Part shown: positions 7,318 to 14,858 of the stretch, piece by piece
How positions within the stretch are numbered: the first letter of the stretch is position 1
Layout: each line of letters begins with the position of its first letter
Source of the DNA: Bacillota bacterium
GTDB lineage: Bacteria > Bacillota > Dethiobacteria > DTU022
Assembly (NCBI GenBank): GCA_029782095.1
Contig: JAKOVL010000223.1
Coordinates: forward strand, 34,637-58,636
DNA: 24,000 nucleotides
Reading direction: 5' to 3'
The notes under the pieces: generated by a model
What the model saw: the letters and a program-made list of their open reading frames with translations, nothing else
What the model was told of the DNA's origin: nothing
Databases searched by the model: none
Program-made: the position numbers and the translations under genes

Positions 7318-8502
7318 TCAGCGGAACATCACCGTGGCGTTGCCAGCACCCACCACCACCGTCACCGCCAGGATAAACAGCACGGCCGCACAGGCCAGAA
7401 CGCCAAAAATCATGACCAGGCTGCTGCCCATGGTGTTGATGGCATCACCGAGGCTGCCCTCTCCCAGAGGCTGTACCAGGGCAGCGCTAAGCTTAAAGAC
7501 GATGGCCATGGCCGCCAACTTGAGCAGGGGAAAAAACGCCAGCAGCAGCAGGACTACCGTTCCGGCAAGGAATATTCCGTTTTTTAGCATGAGTGATGCT
7601 CCGGCCACCGTTTCCACAGAATCGGCCAGCAGCTTTCCCACCACCGGGATAAAAACACCGGTCATATACTTGGCCGTGCGCAGGCTGACGGCGTCGCTGA
7701 CGCTGCCCGCAGCCCCATGGAGGGCCACGATACCCATAAAGATGGTCATGAACAAGCCGATGCCCCAGGTGCTTAAATCCCGAAAAAAATCGGATAGCTT
7801 TCCCACTTTAAAATGCGGCGAAAAGTGGTTGGCCAGCCCCAGTACAGTGCTTAAAAAAATCAGGGGAAAAATCGCTCCCCGGATGGCTGTGCTGAAAAAG
7901 TTAATGCCGAAAACAACCAGGGGATGGAGCATGGCCGAAGAGGCGAGGCTTCCCTGGGCTGCCAGCAGCGCTGCCAGGGTCGGCAGCATGGCCAGGGTGA
8001 AATCAACCATATTGTTAATGGCGCTGCCGGCCACACCCACGGCAGCCCTAAAGGTGTAAAGGCAAATACCCACCAGAACGATAAAGATTATGCCGCGGGT
8101 CAGCGCTGCCACCTGCTCCCGTTCAAATGCGGTCTCCAGGTTTTTCAAAAAGGCGGCGGCCACTGCCAGAAGCAGCAGCTGCCCCATTAATTTCAGGTTG
8201 AGCAGCACTTCGCCGGCGAGAAAACGGCCCATGCCGCTTAGCAGCGCCCCCAGATCCAGCGCCGCTTCCCCCTCCCGCAGCCGCTCCAGGAAGTCGCGCC
8301 AGTGCAGGCCCGGCAGATATTCATTGATCTCCTGTTCCAGTTCGGACCAGTAGCGGTCGAAATAGGTGAAGTCCAGCTCCTCTTCCAGCTCCCGTACCAG
8401 GGGATCCGGCGCTGCCTCTGCCTTTAGCGGCAGCAGGCAGAGCAGCAGTACAACTGCGGCCAAAACCGGCATCTTTTTGAAAAAGCCCGCCTGCTCCGTC
8501 AT
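7318..8502 (-). CDS. spoIIIAE: Stage III sporulation protein AE (polytopic membrane protein)
   Basis: 394 aa with a signal-like N-terminus and many TM helices. Operon position between AD and AF. Confidence 0.85.
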   Translation of the reverse strand: MTEQAGFFKKMPVLAAVVLLLCLLPLKAEAAPDPLVRELEEELDFTYFDRYWSELEQEINEYLPGLHWRDFLERLREGEAALDLGALLSGMGRFLAGEVLLNLKLMGQLLLLAVAAAFLKNLETAFEREQVAALTRGIIFIVLVGICLYTFRAAVGVAGSAINNMVDFTLAMLPTLAALLAAQGSLASSAMLHPLVVFGINFFSTAIRGAIFPLIFLSTVLGLANHFSPHFKVGKLSDFFRDLSTWGIGLFMTIFMGIVALHGAAGSVSDAVSLRTAKYMTGVFIPVVGKLLADSVETVAGASLMLKNGIFLAGTVVLLLLAFFPLLKLAAMAIVFKLSAALVQPLGEGSLGDAINTMGSSLVMIFGVLACAAVLFILAVTVVVGAGNATVMFR

Positions 8503-8530
8503 GTTTTAAAACCCCGCCTGTTATCTCTAT

Positions 8531-8917
8531 TTATGGAATTAAAGCCATAATGTTTTCCATTACTTCCACCACCACCGGCACCGCCATAACCAGGATGATC
8601 ACTTTGGCCGCCAGCTCAATGCGCGAAGCGATGCTGCCCTCTCCGGCGTCGCGGCAAACCTGGGAACCGAATTCAGCCAGGTAGGCGATGCCGATAACCC
8701 TTAGCAGTGTTTGCAGGTAGACCAGGTTTACCCCCGCACCCACTGCTGTTTCCGTTATAACCTGGACCACGCCCGCAACATGACGGATCACCAGCAGCAT
8801 GATGATGACACCGGCTACCAGGGATACCTGCATGGCCATCTCGGGCCGGTACTCCCGTAAAATGATTACCAGAACAGCAGCAATCAGGCCCAGGCCCACA
8901 ACCTGCACTATCTCCAT
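8531..8917 (-). CDS. spoIIIAD: Stage III sporulation protein AD
   Basis: 128-aa membrane protein, MEIVQVVGLGLIAAVLVIILREYRPE..., comparable to B. subtilis SpoIIIAD (IVQIAGLGLV...). Confidence 0.85.
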   Translation of the reverse strand: MEIVQVVGLGLIAAVLVIILREYRPEMAMQVSLVAGVIIMLLVIRHVAGVVQVITETAVGAGVNLVYLQTLLRVIGIAYLAEFGSQVCRDAGEGSIASRIELAAKVIILVMAVPVVVEVMENIMALIP

Positions 8918-8963
8918 CTGCTCGAAACATCTCCGTGATAATTTGACGTTTGCACTCAGCCGT

Positions 8964-9007
8964 AAAAAAGCGGACCTCCTTATGGAAGGCAGCAGGCCGC
9001 TTTTTTT
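8964..9007 (-). terminator. Terminator-shaped hairpin (A-tract, stem, U-tract) between spoIIIAC and spoIIIAD; contains an orphan SD
   Basis: Directly after the spoIIIAC TGA the minus strand reads AAAAAAA GCGG CCTGCTGC CTTCC ATAA GGAGG T CCGC TTTTTT. This gives an outer GCGG/CCGC stem extendable by A:U pairs and an inner CUUCC/GGAGG stem. The symmetry means the plus strand folds likewise. Confidence 0.35.
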
Positions 9008-9213
9008 CAGAAAAGGTTGAAGATAGTCTTTATGCTGTTGAACAGATCGTTGATCAGCTGCAGGACCATCAATAAGACGATCACCACCCCCACCAGGGTC
9101 AGCATCTGGGCCTGCTCCTGTTTATCCGCCTGCTTCAGCACAATATTTAAAACGGAAATAAAAATACCGATGCCGGCAATTTTAAACAGCAGATCAATAT
9201 TGAATCCGTTCAA
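9007..9213 (-). CDS. spoIIIAC: Stage III sporulation protein AC
   Basis: 68-aa protein with two TM segments: IDLLFKIAGIGIFISVLNIVLKQADKQEQAQMLTLVGVVIVLLMV. TTG start with a GGGGGGA SD 7 nt upstream. Confidence 0.85.
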   Translation of the reverse strand: MNGFNIDLLFKIAGIGIFISVLNIVLKQADKQEQAQMLTLVGVVIVLLMVLQLINDLFNSIKTIFNLF

Positions 9214-9231
9214 CTTTTATTCCCCCCGCTT

Positions 9232-9762
9232 TTATAACAAAAGAATAACCAGGGCCGCCCCGCCGATGAATCCAAGATAACGCCACAGCCGGGCGTGGCG
9301 TTCCCGGTCTTCCCGCGCCTTGGCCAGGGTAAAAGATAAGTGCTGCTCCACCAGGCGGATTTGCTTGAGTTGACCTTCCCGCTCGCTCACGCCCAGGAAA
9401 TCCCCCAGGCTGCGGATGGTTTCCCGGTCCAGCGCGGAAAAACAGCTTTGCGGGTAAATCCGACTCAGCGACTGCTCCCAGGCTTTCCCGGCGCTCCATT
9501 CCGGGTGTGCCTTCAGGAGCTCCGCTGCATTTAAATATAGTTCGCGCACCGGCGCAGCGCACTGGCGGCCCACATTGGTAAAAGCGGCCGGCAGCAGCGA
9601 CCGGGCAAAAGAGATCTCGGTAGTGAGAAGCTTTAGCGAGTGCTGAAACTGCTCCAGCTGCTGCACCCGCTTTTCCAGGATACGGGCCCTGTTTTCGCCA
9701 AATGCCGCTGCAGCGGCCATAATGCAGGCGGCGCCGGCTGTTTTCAGAGCCAGTTCAAACAT
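9232..9762 (-). CDS. spoIIIAB: Stage III sporulation protein AB
   Basis: MFELALKTAGAACIMAAAAAFG..RVQQLEQFQHSLKLLTTEISF parallels the B. subtilis SpoIIIAB N-terminus. The ATG at 9762 has a GGGGG SD 6 nt upstream and overlaps the spoIIIAA stop (ATGTTTGA). The ORF-track start at 9801 is less likely. Confidence 0.8.
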   Translation of the reverse strand: MFELALKTAGAACIMAAAAAFGENRARILEKRVQQLEQFQHSLKLLTTEISFARSLLPAAFTNVGRQCAAPVRELYLNAAELLKAHPEWSAGKAWEQSLSRIYPQSCFSALDRETIRSLGDFLGVSEREGQLKQIRLVEQHLSFTLAKAREDRERHARLWRYLGFIGGAALVILLL

Positions 9763-10744
9763 CGCTGCCCCCATAAACGACTTTGCCGCTGCGCGGATCA
9801 ATGATCCGCTCCACCGTGCCGGGGCCGCGGCTGCGCCCTAAAAATAAAACCCGCTCAAAGATATGCATCTGCATCAACCGGCGCAGCCCCGGCCTGGCGC
9901 GCAACTCTTCGAGGGTGCCGGCGTGAACGGTGGCTATAACCGCTACCCCGGCATGGATTACCTCTTCCATGGCCCGGACATCTTCCTCCAGGCCGATCTC
10001 GTCGGTAACAATGACCTGGGGCCCCATGGACCGCAGCAGCATCATCATCCCTTCAGCCTTGGGACAGGCGTCCAGAACATCGGTGCAGTGGCCCACATTG
10101 AGCTGGGGCTCACCCTGAAAAGAGCCGGCCAGCTCCGAGCGCTCATCCACCATCCCCACTTTGAACCCGCTGAAGCCCAGCTCGGGCACACCGTCGCTGA
10201 TCAGGCGCGCCAGGTCGCGCAAAAAAGTTGTCTTCCCGCAGCGGGGCGGGGAAATGATCAGGGAGTGCCTGACCCTCCGGCGGCGGTAGTCAATAAAATA
10301 ACGGACATAGGGCAGCGCCGCCCCGTTAATCTCCCGGGCGATGCGATAATTCAAGCCGGTAATGTGCTTAAGCCGCGCCACCCGGCCCTGCTCCAGTACC
10401 GCCTGGCCGCACAGGCCGACGCGGTGCCCTCCGGGGATGGTGATGTAGCCGCAGCGCAGCTCCTGCTCAAAGGCGTAAAGCGAAGCGCTGCTGATCAGGT
10501 GCAAGGCCTGTTCCAGGTCTTCCCGCCCGGGGCGGTAAGCCTCTGCCGCGGCGACGGCCGCCCCCCTGCTGTCCAAAAAAAGATCGCCCTGCCGCCCGTG
10601 CAGCGCCAGGGGCCGTCCCAAGCGCAGCCTGATCTCCTCCAGGCTTTCCCACAGGCAGACGGGGTGGCGATCAATGATTTCACCTATGTTCCGGGGCACG
10701 TAAGAGATGATCTGATCCCGAATCGAAACAGCCAGATCTTGCAT
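9755..10744 (-). CDS. spoIIIAA: Stage III sporulation protein AA (secretion-type AAA+ ATPase)
   Basis: Walker A PPRCGKTTFLRDLARL and Walker B-like VIVTDEIG. It is the first gene of the operon. Confidence 0.9.
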   Translation of the reverse strand: MQDLAVSIRDQIISYVPRNIGEIIDRHPVCLWESLEEIRLRLGRPLALHGRQGDLFLDSRGAAVAAAEAYRPGREDLEQALHLISSASLYAFEQELRCGYITIPGGHRVGLCGQAVLEQGRVARLKHITGLNYRIAREINGAALPYVRYFIDYRRRRVRHSLIISPPRCGKTTFLRDLARLISDGVPELGFSGFKVGMVDERSELAGSFQGEPQLNVGHCTDVLDACPKAEGMMMLLRSMGPQVIVTDEIGLEEDVRAMEEVIHAGVAVIATVHAGTLEELRARPGLRRLMQMHIFERVLFLGRSRGPGTVERIIDPRSGKVVYGGSDV

Positions 10745-10801
10745 GCAGCGCTAATGCCTCCGCTTCTGGCCGGATGCTTGTTTCCCGACCCGTAGTAGTA
10801 A

Positions 10802-10830
10802 TGTATATGTGTAGGTGCAGGGCGATATTA
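10802..10830 (-). promoter_or_regulatory. Candidate sigma-E-type (mother-cell) promoter of the spoIIIA operon
   Basis: The minus strand reads TAATATC (10830-10824), 14 nt, then CATATACA (10809-10802). The B. subtilis sigma-E consensus, as I recall it, is ZHATAXX-N14-CATACAHT, which makes the -10 a 6/8 match. It lies about 58 nt upstream of the spoIIIAA ATG. spoIIIA is sigma-E dependent in B. subtilis. Confidence 0.4.
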
Positions 10831-10873
10831 TGAATCTTTTTAGGAACCAGAGTTTTTAGCGCAAGTAAACGTT

Positions 10874-11004
10874 GAAGGGAATCCTGAATTCAGAAGGGTC
10901 GAAAAGTTTTAGAAGCGGGATAAGCAGTAAAGGGAGTTTTTATCTAACCTCCAACCTCTCACCTCTAACTTCTAAATTCGACCCTCTCCCGCCGGGAGAG
11001 AGGG
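10874..11004 (+). repeat. Composite mosaic repeat, copy L2, in plus orientation and antisense to both flanking genes. Modules: H/C-like 10874-10931, SD-like GGGAGTT plus T-run 10932-10941, A 10944-10975, D hairpin 10982-11004.
   Basis: CTAACCTCCAACCTCTCACCTCTAACTTCTAA differs at one base from the copy at 23297. It is followed by CGACCCTCTCCC-GCC-GGGAGAGAGGG. There is no B module. Confidence 0.8.
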
Positions 11005-11049
11005 AGAATACGGTTTTAAGGAGCCGGGGCTGCCTTAGCCGGGAGTGCA

Positions 11050-11079
11050 GAAAAGGGCTGCCCCTTTTGGACAGCCCCC
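11050..11079 (-). terminator. Candidate intrinsic terminator after the acidic zinc-ribbon gene (end of the efp unit)
   Basis: The minus strand reads GGGCUG U CC AAAA GG GG CAGCCC followed by UUUUCUG, about 40 nt after tandem TAG TAG stops. Confidence 0.5.
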
Positions 11080-11116
11080 GCTTAATATTGTAATGGTTAT
11101 GTACGTTGGCGGGCTA

Positions 11117-11590
11117 CTATTCTTTTTCCTGATCTTCTTTCTCTTCCTCTTCTTCCGTCAAATCGACCAGGTCTTCCTCTTCCCAATCTTCATCGTCCAC
11201 CAGGACCACGGCGCCGCAGCCGGGGCAGGTTACTTCAATGGCACTATCCTGGTCGAGCAGATCTTCACTAACAACTACGACTTCGCGGCAGTTGGGGCAC
11301 TCCATGGAAAAACCGCCCTCAAAATCTTCATCGTCAAAATCCTCGTCTTCTTCCTCCGCATCGTCATCTTCATAGAAATCCTCTTCCAGTTCGCTCAGAT
11401 CTTCATCAATGGCCTCGGCGTATTCAAACAGTTCTTCATAGTTGTCTTTGAGCTGTTCAAGTTCATCCACAATCTCGTCAAGGATGTCCATGATTTTATG
11501 CAAAACCTTAGCTTCTTTGCCTTCTCCCAGGTCCAGGCCTTCGGCCAAACCCCTTAAATATGCCGTCCTCTCTTTTAAACTTTCCGCCAT
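11117..11590 (-). CDS. Highly acidic zinc-ribbon protein of unknown function; resembles the clostridial 'CD1247 N-terminal domain' family
   Basis: 157 aa. N-terminus is TAYLRGLAEGLDLGEGKEAKVLHKIMDILDEIVDEL. The central region has CPNC...CPGC (four-Cys ribbon). Long D/E runs flank it. It occupies the efp-to-spoIIIAA slot. The family assignment is from memory only. Confidence 0.6.
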   Translation of the reverse strand: MAESLKERTAYLRGLAEGLDLGEGKEAKVLHKIMDILDEIVDELEQLKDNYEELFEYAEAIDEDLSELEEDFYEDDDAEEEDEDFDDEDFEGGFSMECPNCREVVVVSEDLLDQDSAIEVTCPGCGAVVLVDDEDWEEEDLVDLTEEEEEKEDQEKE

Positions 11591-11630
11591 TTAATAATGC
11601 CTCCTTTTCAACTTAAGCCATATTATTCCA

Positions 11631-12188
11631 CTACACCCGTTCAATATATTCACCGGAGCGAGTGTCAATTCTTAAAATATCTCCCTCGTTAATAAAGAAG
11701 GGCACCTGCACGACTATTCCTGTCTCCAGGGTCGCCGGCTTGCTTCCGCCGGCGGCGGTGTCGCCCTTTACGCCCGGTTCTGTCTGCACAACTTTTAACT
11801 CCACGGTATTGGGCAGCTCCACCCCGACCACCTTCTCACCGTGCATCACTACCGTCAGAACCATGTTTTCTTTAAGGTAGCTGAGCGCCCCTTCCATCTG
11901 CTCCTTACTCAAAGCGAGCTGTTCATAGGTTTCCATATCCATGAGGTAATACTCATCGCCGGTGCTGTAAAGGTATTCCATGCTTTTGCGTTCCATAATC
12001 GCCCGGGGAACTTTTTCCCCGGCGCGGAAAGTCCTCTCCGTGGTGGCTCCGGTGCGCAAATTCTTAAGCTTGGAGCGGACAAAGGCGGCCCCTTTGCCCG
12101 GCTTGACGTGCTGGAACTCAACCACGGTATACAACTCGCCATCCAGTTCAATGGTCAGACCGGTGTGAAAATCATTGGTTGAAATCAT
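11631..12188 (-). CDS. efp: Translation elongation factor P
   Basis: [47 protein letters not shown] is canonical EF-P, including the KPGKG loop. Confidence 0.97.
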   Translation of the reverse strand: MISTNDFHTGLTIELDGELYTVVEFQHVKPGKGAAFVRSKLKNLRTGATTERTFRAGEKVPRAIMERKSMEYLYSTGDEYYLMDMETYEQLALSKEQMEGALSYLKENMVLTVVMHGEKVVGVELPNTVELKVVQTEPGVKGDTAAGGSKPATLETGIVVQVPFFINEGDILRIDTRSGEYIERV

Positions 12189-12210
12189 TTCTTCCCATAC
12201 CCCCTAACAT

Positions 12211-13275
12211 CTAGATGGAAATCAATTCCCGGGTGCTTCGGGTCATCGCTTCCGCCCCGGTTTCGGTAATCAGGATCATATCTTCAATGCGCACTCCGCC
12301 CCAGCCGGGGATATAGATGCCGGGCTCAACGGTGACGACCATGCCCGGTTGAAGCACCGTTTCCGCTTGGGGCGACAGGCGCGGCAGCTCGTGGGTTTCC
12401 AGGCCGACGCCATGCCCGAGGCCGTGCCCGAACTGCTTTTCAAAACCGGCCTCTTTGATCATTTCCCGCGCCACGGCATCTGCTTCTTTGCCGGTCATCC
12501 CGGGCTTCAGCGCTGCCGCAGCCCGCTGCTGCGCTTCTTTAACCGTATTATAAATCTCGACCTGCCGCGGGTCGGGTTCGCCCAGGCAGACGGTGCGAGT
12601 CATGTCGGTGGCGTAAGCATTAAATACCGCGCCGAAATCTATGGTTAAAAGCTCCCCCCGGGCCACCTTTTTTTCCGAAGCGACGCCATGGGGCATGGCC
12701 CCCCGCACTCCCGAGGCGACTATGTAGCGAAACGAAGTCCCCGCGGCGCCCATACGGCGCAGGTAAAATTCCAGCTCCAGGGCGATCTCCTGTTCACTTT
12801 GCCCCGGTTCGATAAATTTTAATATATGCTGGTAAGCCCGGTCAAGGCAGGCCGCACCCCGTTTTAAAATCTCGATTTCAGTGCTGTCTTTAATCATGCG
12901 CAGCTCTTCCACCAGCCCATCTACCGGTACCAGCTCCGCCTTTAGCTTTTGTGAAAGTTCACGGTAAAGGCCGTAGCTAAGATGCTTCTCTTCAAAGCCA
13001 AGCTGGGTCACGCCGGTTTCGGCCAGGACCGGAGCCAGGCTCTGGGGCAAATTGTCTTTCCAGGGAGCCAGGCGGCAGTGGGGCGCCTGCTGTTCAGCCT
13101 GTTCGCGGTAGCGAAAATCGGTGAAAAGAAAACATTGCTCCTGCCCCACCAGCAGCACACCGCTGCTGCCGTCGAAGCCGCTTAAATACTGTCGATTGGC
13201 CGGGTGTGAAACCAACAGCGCTTGCAAATTTTGCTGCTGCAACTTCTCCTGCAGTCGTTGAACCCGTTCTTTCAA
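12211..13275 (-). CDS. Xaa-Pro aminopeptidase/dipeptidase (M24B family)
   Basis: Creatinase-like N-terminal domain plus metal ligands in DFGAVFNAYATDMTRT, HGLGHGVGLETHE and VEPGIYIPGWGGVRIED. TTG start overlaps the aroQ stop (TTGA). Confidence 0.9.
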   Translation of the reverse strand: MKERVQRLQEKLQQQNLQALLVSHPANRQYLSGFDGSSGVLLVGQEQCFLFTDFRYREQAEQQAPHCRLAPWKDNLPQSLAPVLAETGVTQLGFEEKHLSYGLYRELSQKLKAELVPVDGLVEELRMIKDSTEIEILKRGAACLDRAYQHILKFIEPGQSEQEIALELEFYLRRMGAAGTSFRYIVASGVRGAMPHGVASEKKVARGELLTIDFGAVFNAYATDMTRTVCLGEPDPRQVEIYNTVKEAQQRAAAALKPGMTGKEADAVAREMIKEAGFEKQFGHGLGHGVGLETHELPRLSPQAETVLQPGMVVTVEPGIYIPGWGGVRIEDMILITETGAEAMTRSTRELISI

Positions 13276-13730
13276 TTCTGGTCTCCTTGTTTTTCGCGGA
13301 TGATCCTGACCAGCGCTTCCAGGCCCAGCAGGTAGCCGTGCGGGCCGAGGCCGCAGATAACGCCAGCGGCCAGGGGCGAAATAACCGAGTGGGCGCGGAA
13401 TGCTTCGCGGGCAAAAATATTGCTTAGATGCACCTCCACCAGCGGCAGCCCCACCGCGGCCAGGGCGTCACGGAGGGCGTAGCTGTAATGGGTCAGTGCG
13501 CCCGGATTAATCAGGATGCCGTCACTATAACCGGCGGCCTGGTGAATCTTATCTACCAGCACCCCTTCATGGTTGGACTGGAAACTTTGCACCGCGACGT
13601 CCAGTTCGCGGCCGCGGCGCTCCAGCGCCCGGTCAATTTCGGCCAGGGTGGTCGACCCGTAGATCGATTTCTCCCGGCTGCCGAGCAGGTTCAGGTTCGG
13701 TCCGTGTAAGATTAGCACATGATTCCGCAT
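13272..13730 (-). CDS. aroQ: Type II 3-dehydroquinate dehydratase
   Basis: ILHGPNLNLLGSREKSIYG, QSNHEG, INPGALTHYSYALRDA and EVHLSNI are AroQ signatures. Confidence 0.95.
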   Translation of the reverse strand: MRNHVLILHGPNLNLLGSREKSIYGSTTLAEIDRALERRGRELDVAVQSFQSNHEGVLVDKIHQAAGYSDGILINPGALTHYSYALRDALAAVGLPLVEVHLSNIFAREAFRAHSVISPLAAGVICGLGPHGYLLGLEALVRIIREKQGDQN

Positions 13731-13819
13731 TTCGCCCAGCTGACCAAGCCTCCTTATAATTTAACATTCCCTCGGCCGTCCAAAAATTCCTGCCTGGGCC
13801 ATGGATAAATTTTCATCGG

Positions 13820-14341
13820 TCACAGGGAGGACAGCCGGGCCACTATTTCCGCGGCAACCTGGGAGGGGGTCTTGGCGGCGGTGCTGACAATCAAATCACA
13901 GTCCCGGTAATAGGGTTCCCTTTTCTGGAGCAGGGTACGCACAGTATCCGCAGGCGACGTGCTGGACAAGAGGGGCCGCCCCGGTTTGCCGGCGATGCGC
14001 CTTAAAATTTCTTCAGGCGGGGCGGTTAGCAAGATAATAATCCCGACAAGCCTTAAATTGCGGCGGTTGCCTGCCTTGAGGACAGCTCCGCCCCCGGTGG
14101 CCACCACTAAGCTGCCCGGCGGGTAGCGATGCAGGGCGGCGATAACCGTGCTTTCTCGCTGGCGAAAGTAGTCTTCGCCGTGCCGCTTAAAAATTTCAGG
14201 GATAGAAAGCCCTGTCAGCTGCTCCACCAGGGCGTCGGTGTCGATGAAGCGCCTGTTTAAGCGGCGGGCCAGGATTTGGCCCACCGATGTCTTTCCTGTA
14301 CCCATGAAACCGGTAAGAATGATATGGCGATCCATGTTCAT
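13820..14341 (-). CDS. aroK: Shikimate kinase
   Basis: Walker A GFMGTGKTSVGQILARRL, plus FIDTD and GGGAV motifs. Confidence 0.9.
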   Translation of the reverse strand: MNMDRHIILTGFMGTGKTSVGQILARRLNRRFIDTDALVEQLTGLSIPEIFKRHGEDYFRQRESTVIAALHRYPPGSLVVATGGGAVLKAGNRRNLRLVGIIILLTAPPEEILRRIAGKPGRPLLSSTSPADTVRTLLQKREPYYRDCDLIVSTAAKTPSQVAAEIVARLSSL

Positions 14342-14347
14342 ACTCGC

Positions 14348-14845
14348 TTAGGACACCTCCCAGTGGTCCGGCGGCTCATTGGAGATGCGCACACGGCCGG
14401 TGGCCGGAGTGACGATAACATAGCGGCGCTCGCCGCGCCCGTTCCGCAAACAGACCGTTCCGCCCCGGTTGGGCGCACCGGAACGCAGAAAACAAAGGTT
14501 ATATGTGCCCCCGCCTTCGGCAAAAGTGATATGGCTGACGCTGATTCCATCGGGCAGGTAGACCCGTTTTGCCGTATTGGCGGCGCTGTCAACAATGCGA
14601 TAGCTGTCGTTTTTATCAGGGTCGCCAAGATAAAACTGCAGGCAGCTGGTATACCCCGAAGTTATGGCCGCCTGCTGCACCCGCCGCATATCCAGGGCCA
14701 CAGTGCGGGCGGCCAGCTCCAGCTGCCGCGTCTCGCTCCAGCCGGCAAAAGAGGGCGCCGCTATGGCGGTGAGCAGGGCCAGGAGAGCCAGCACGCAGAG
14801 CAGCTCAGCCAGGGTATAGGCAGATTCATTTTTTCCCCGGATCAC
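14348..14845 (-). CDS. Minor pilin / pseudopilin, GspH/FimT-like, with a prepilin-type N-terminus
   Basis: MIRGKNESA|YTLAELLCVLALLALLTAIAAPSF places Glu at +5 if cleavage follows Ala. The C-terminal region reads LRSGAPNRGGTVCLRNGRGERRYVIVTPATGRVRI (GspH/FimT-like). It lies 13 nt downstream of pilB, with a GAGGAG SD. Confidence 0.7.
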   Translation of the reverse strand: MIRGKNESAYTLAELLCVLALLALLTAIAAPSFAGWSETRQLELAARTVALDMRRVQQAAITSGYTSCLQFYLGDPDKNDSYRIVDSAANTAKRVYLPDGISVSHITFAEGGGTYNLCFLRSGAPNRGGTVCLRNGRGERRYVIVTPATGRVRISNEPPDHWEVS

Positions 14846-14858
14846 TTCTTCTGTCTCC

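Noticed and set aside
9863-10795. Long antisense or alternative-frame ORFs. Examples: 9863-10795 (+, 310 aa), 2251-2964 (+), 7334-8059 (+), 14276-14887 (+), 18054-18746 (+), 22299-22808 (-), 11045-11557 (+).
   Set aside because: Each lies opposite to, or out of frame with, a gene that has clear family motifs. The products are Arg/Pro/Ala/Gly-rich or poly-Phe low-complexity sequences, which are typical of GC-rich shadow frames. None has an SD or a recognisable domain.
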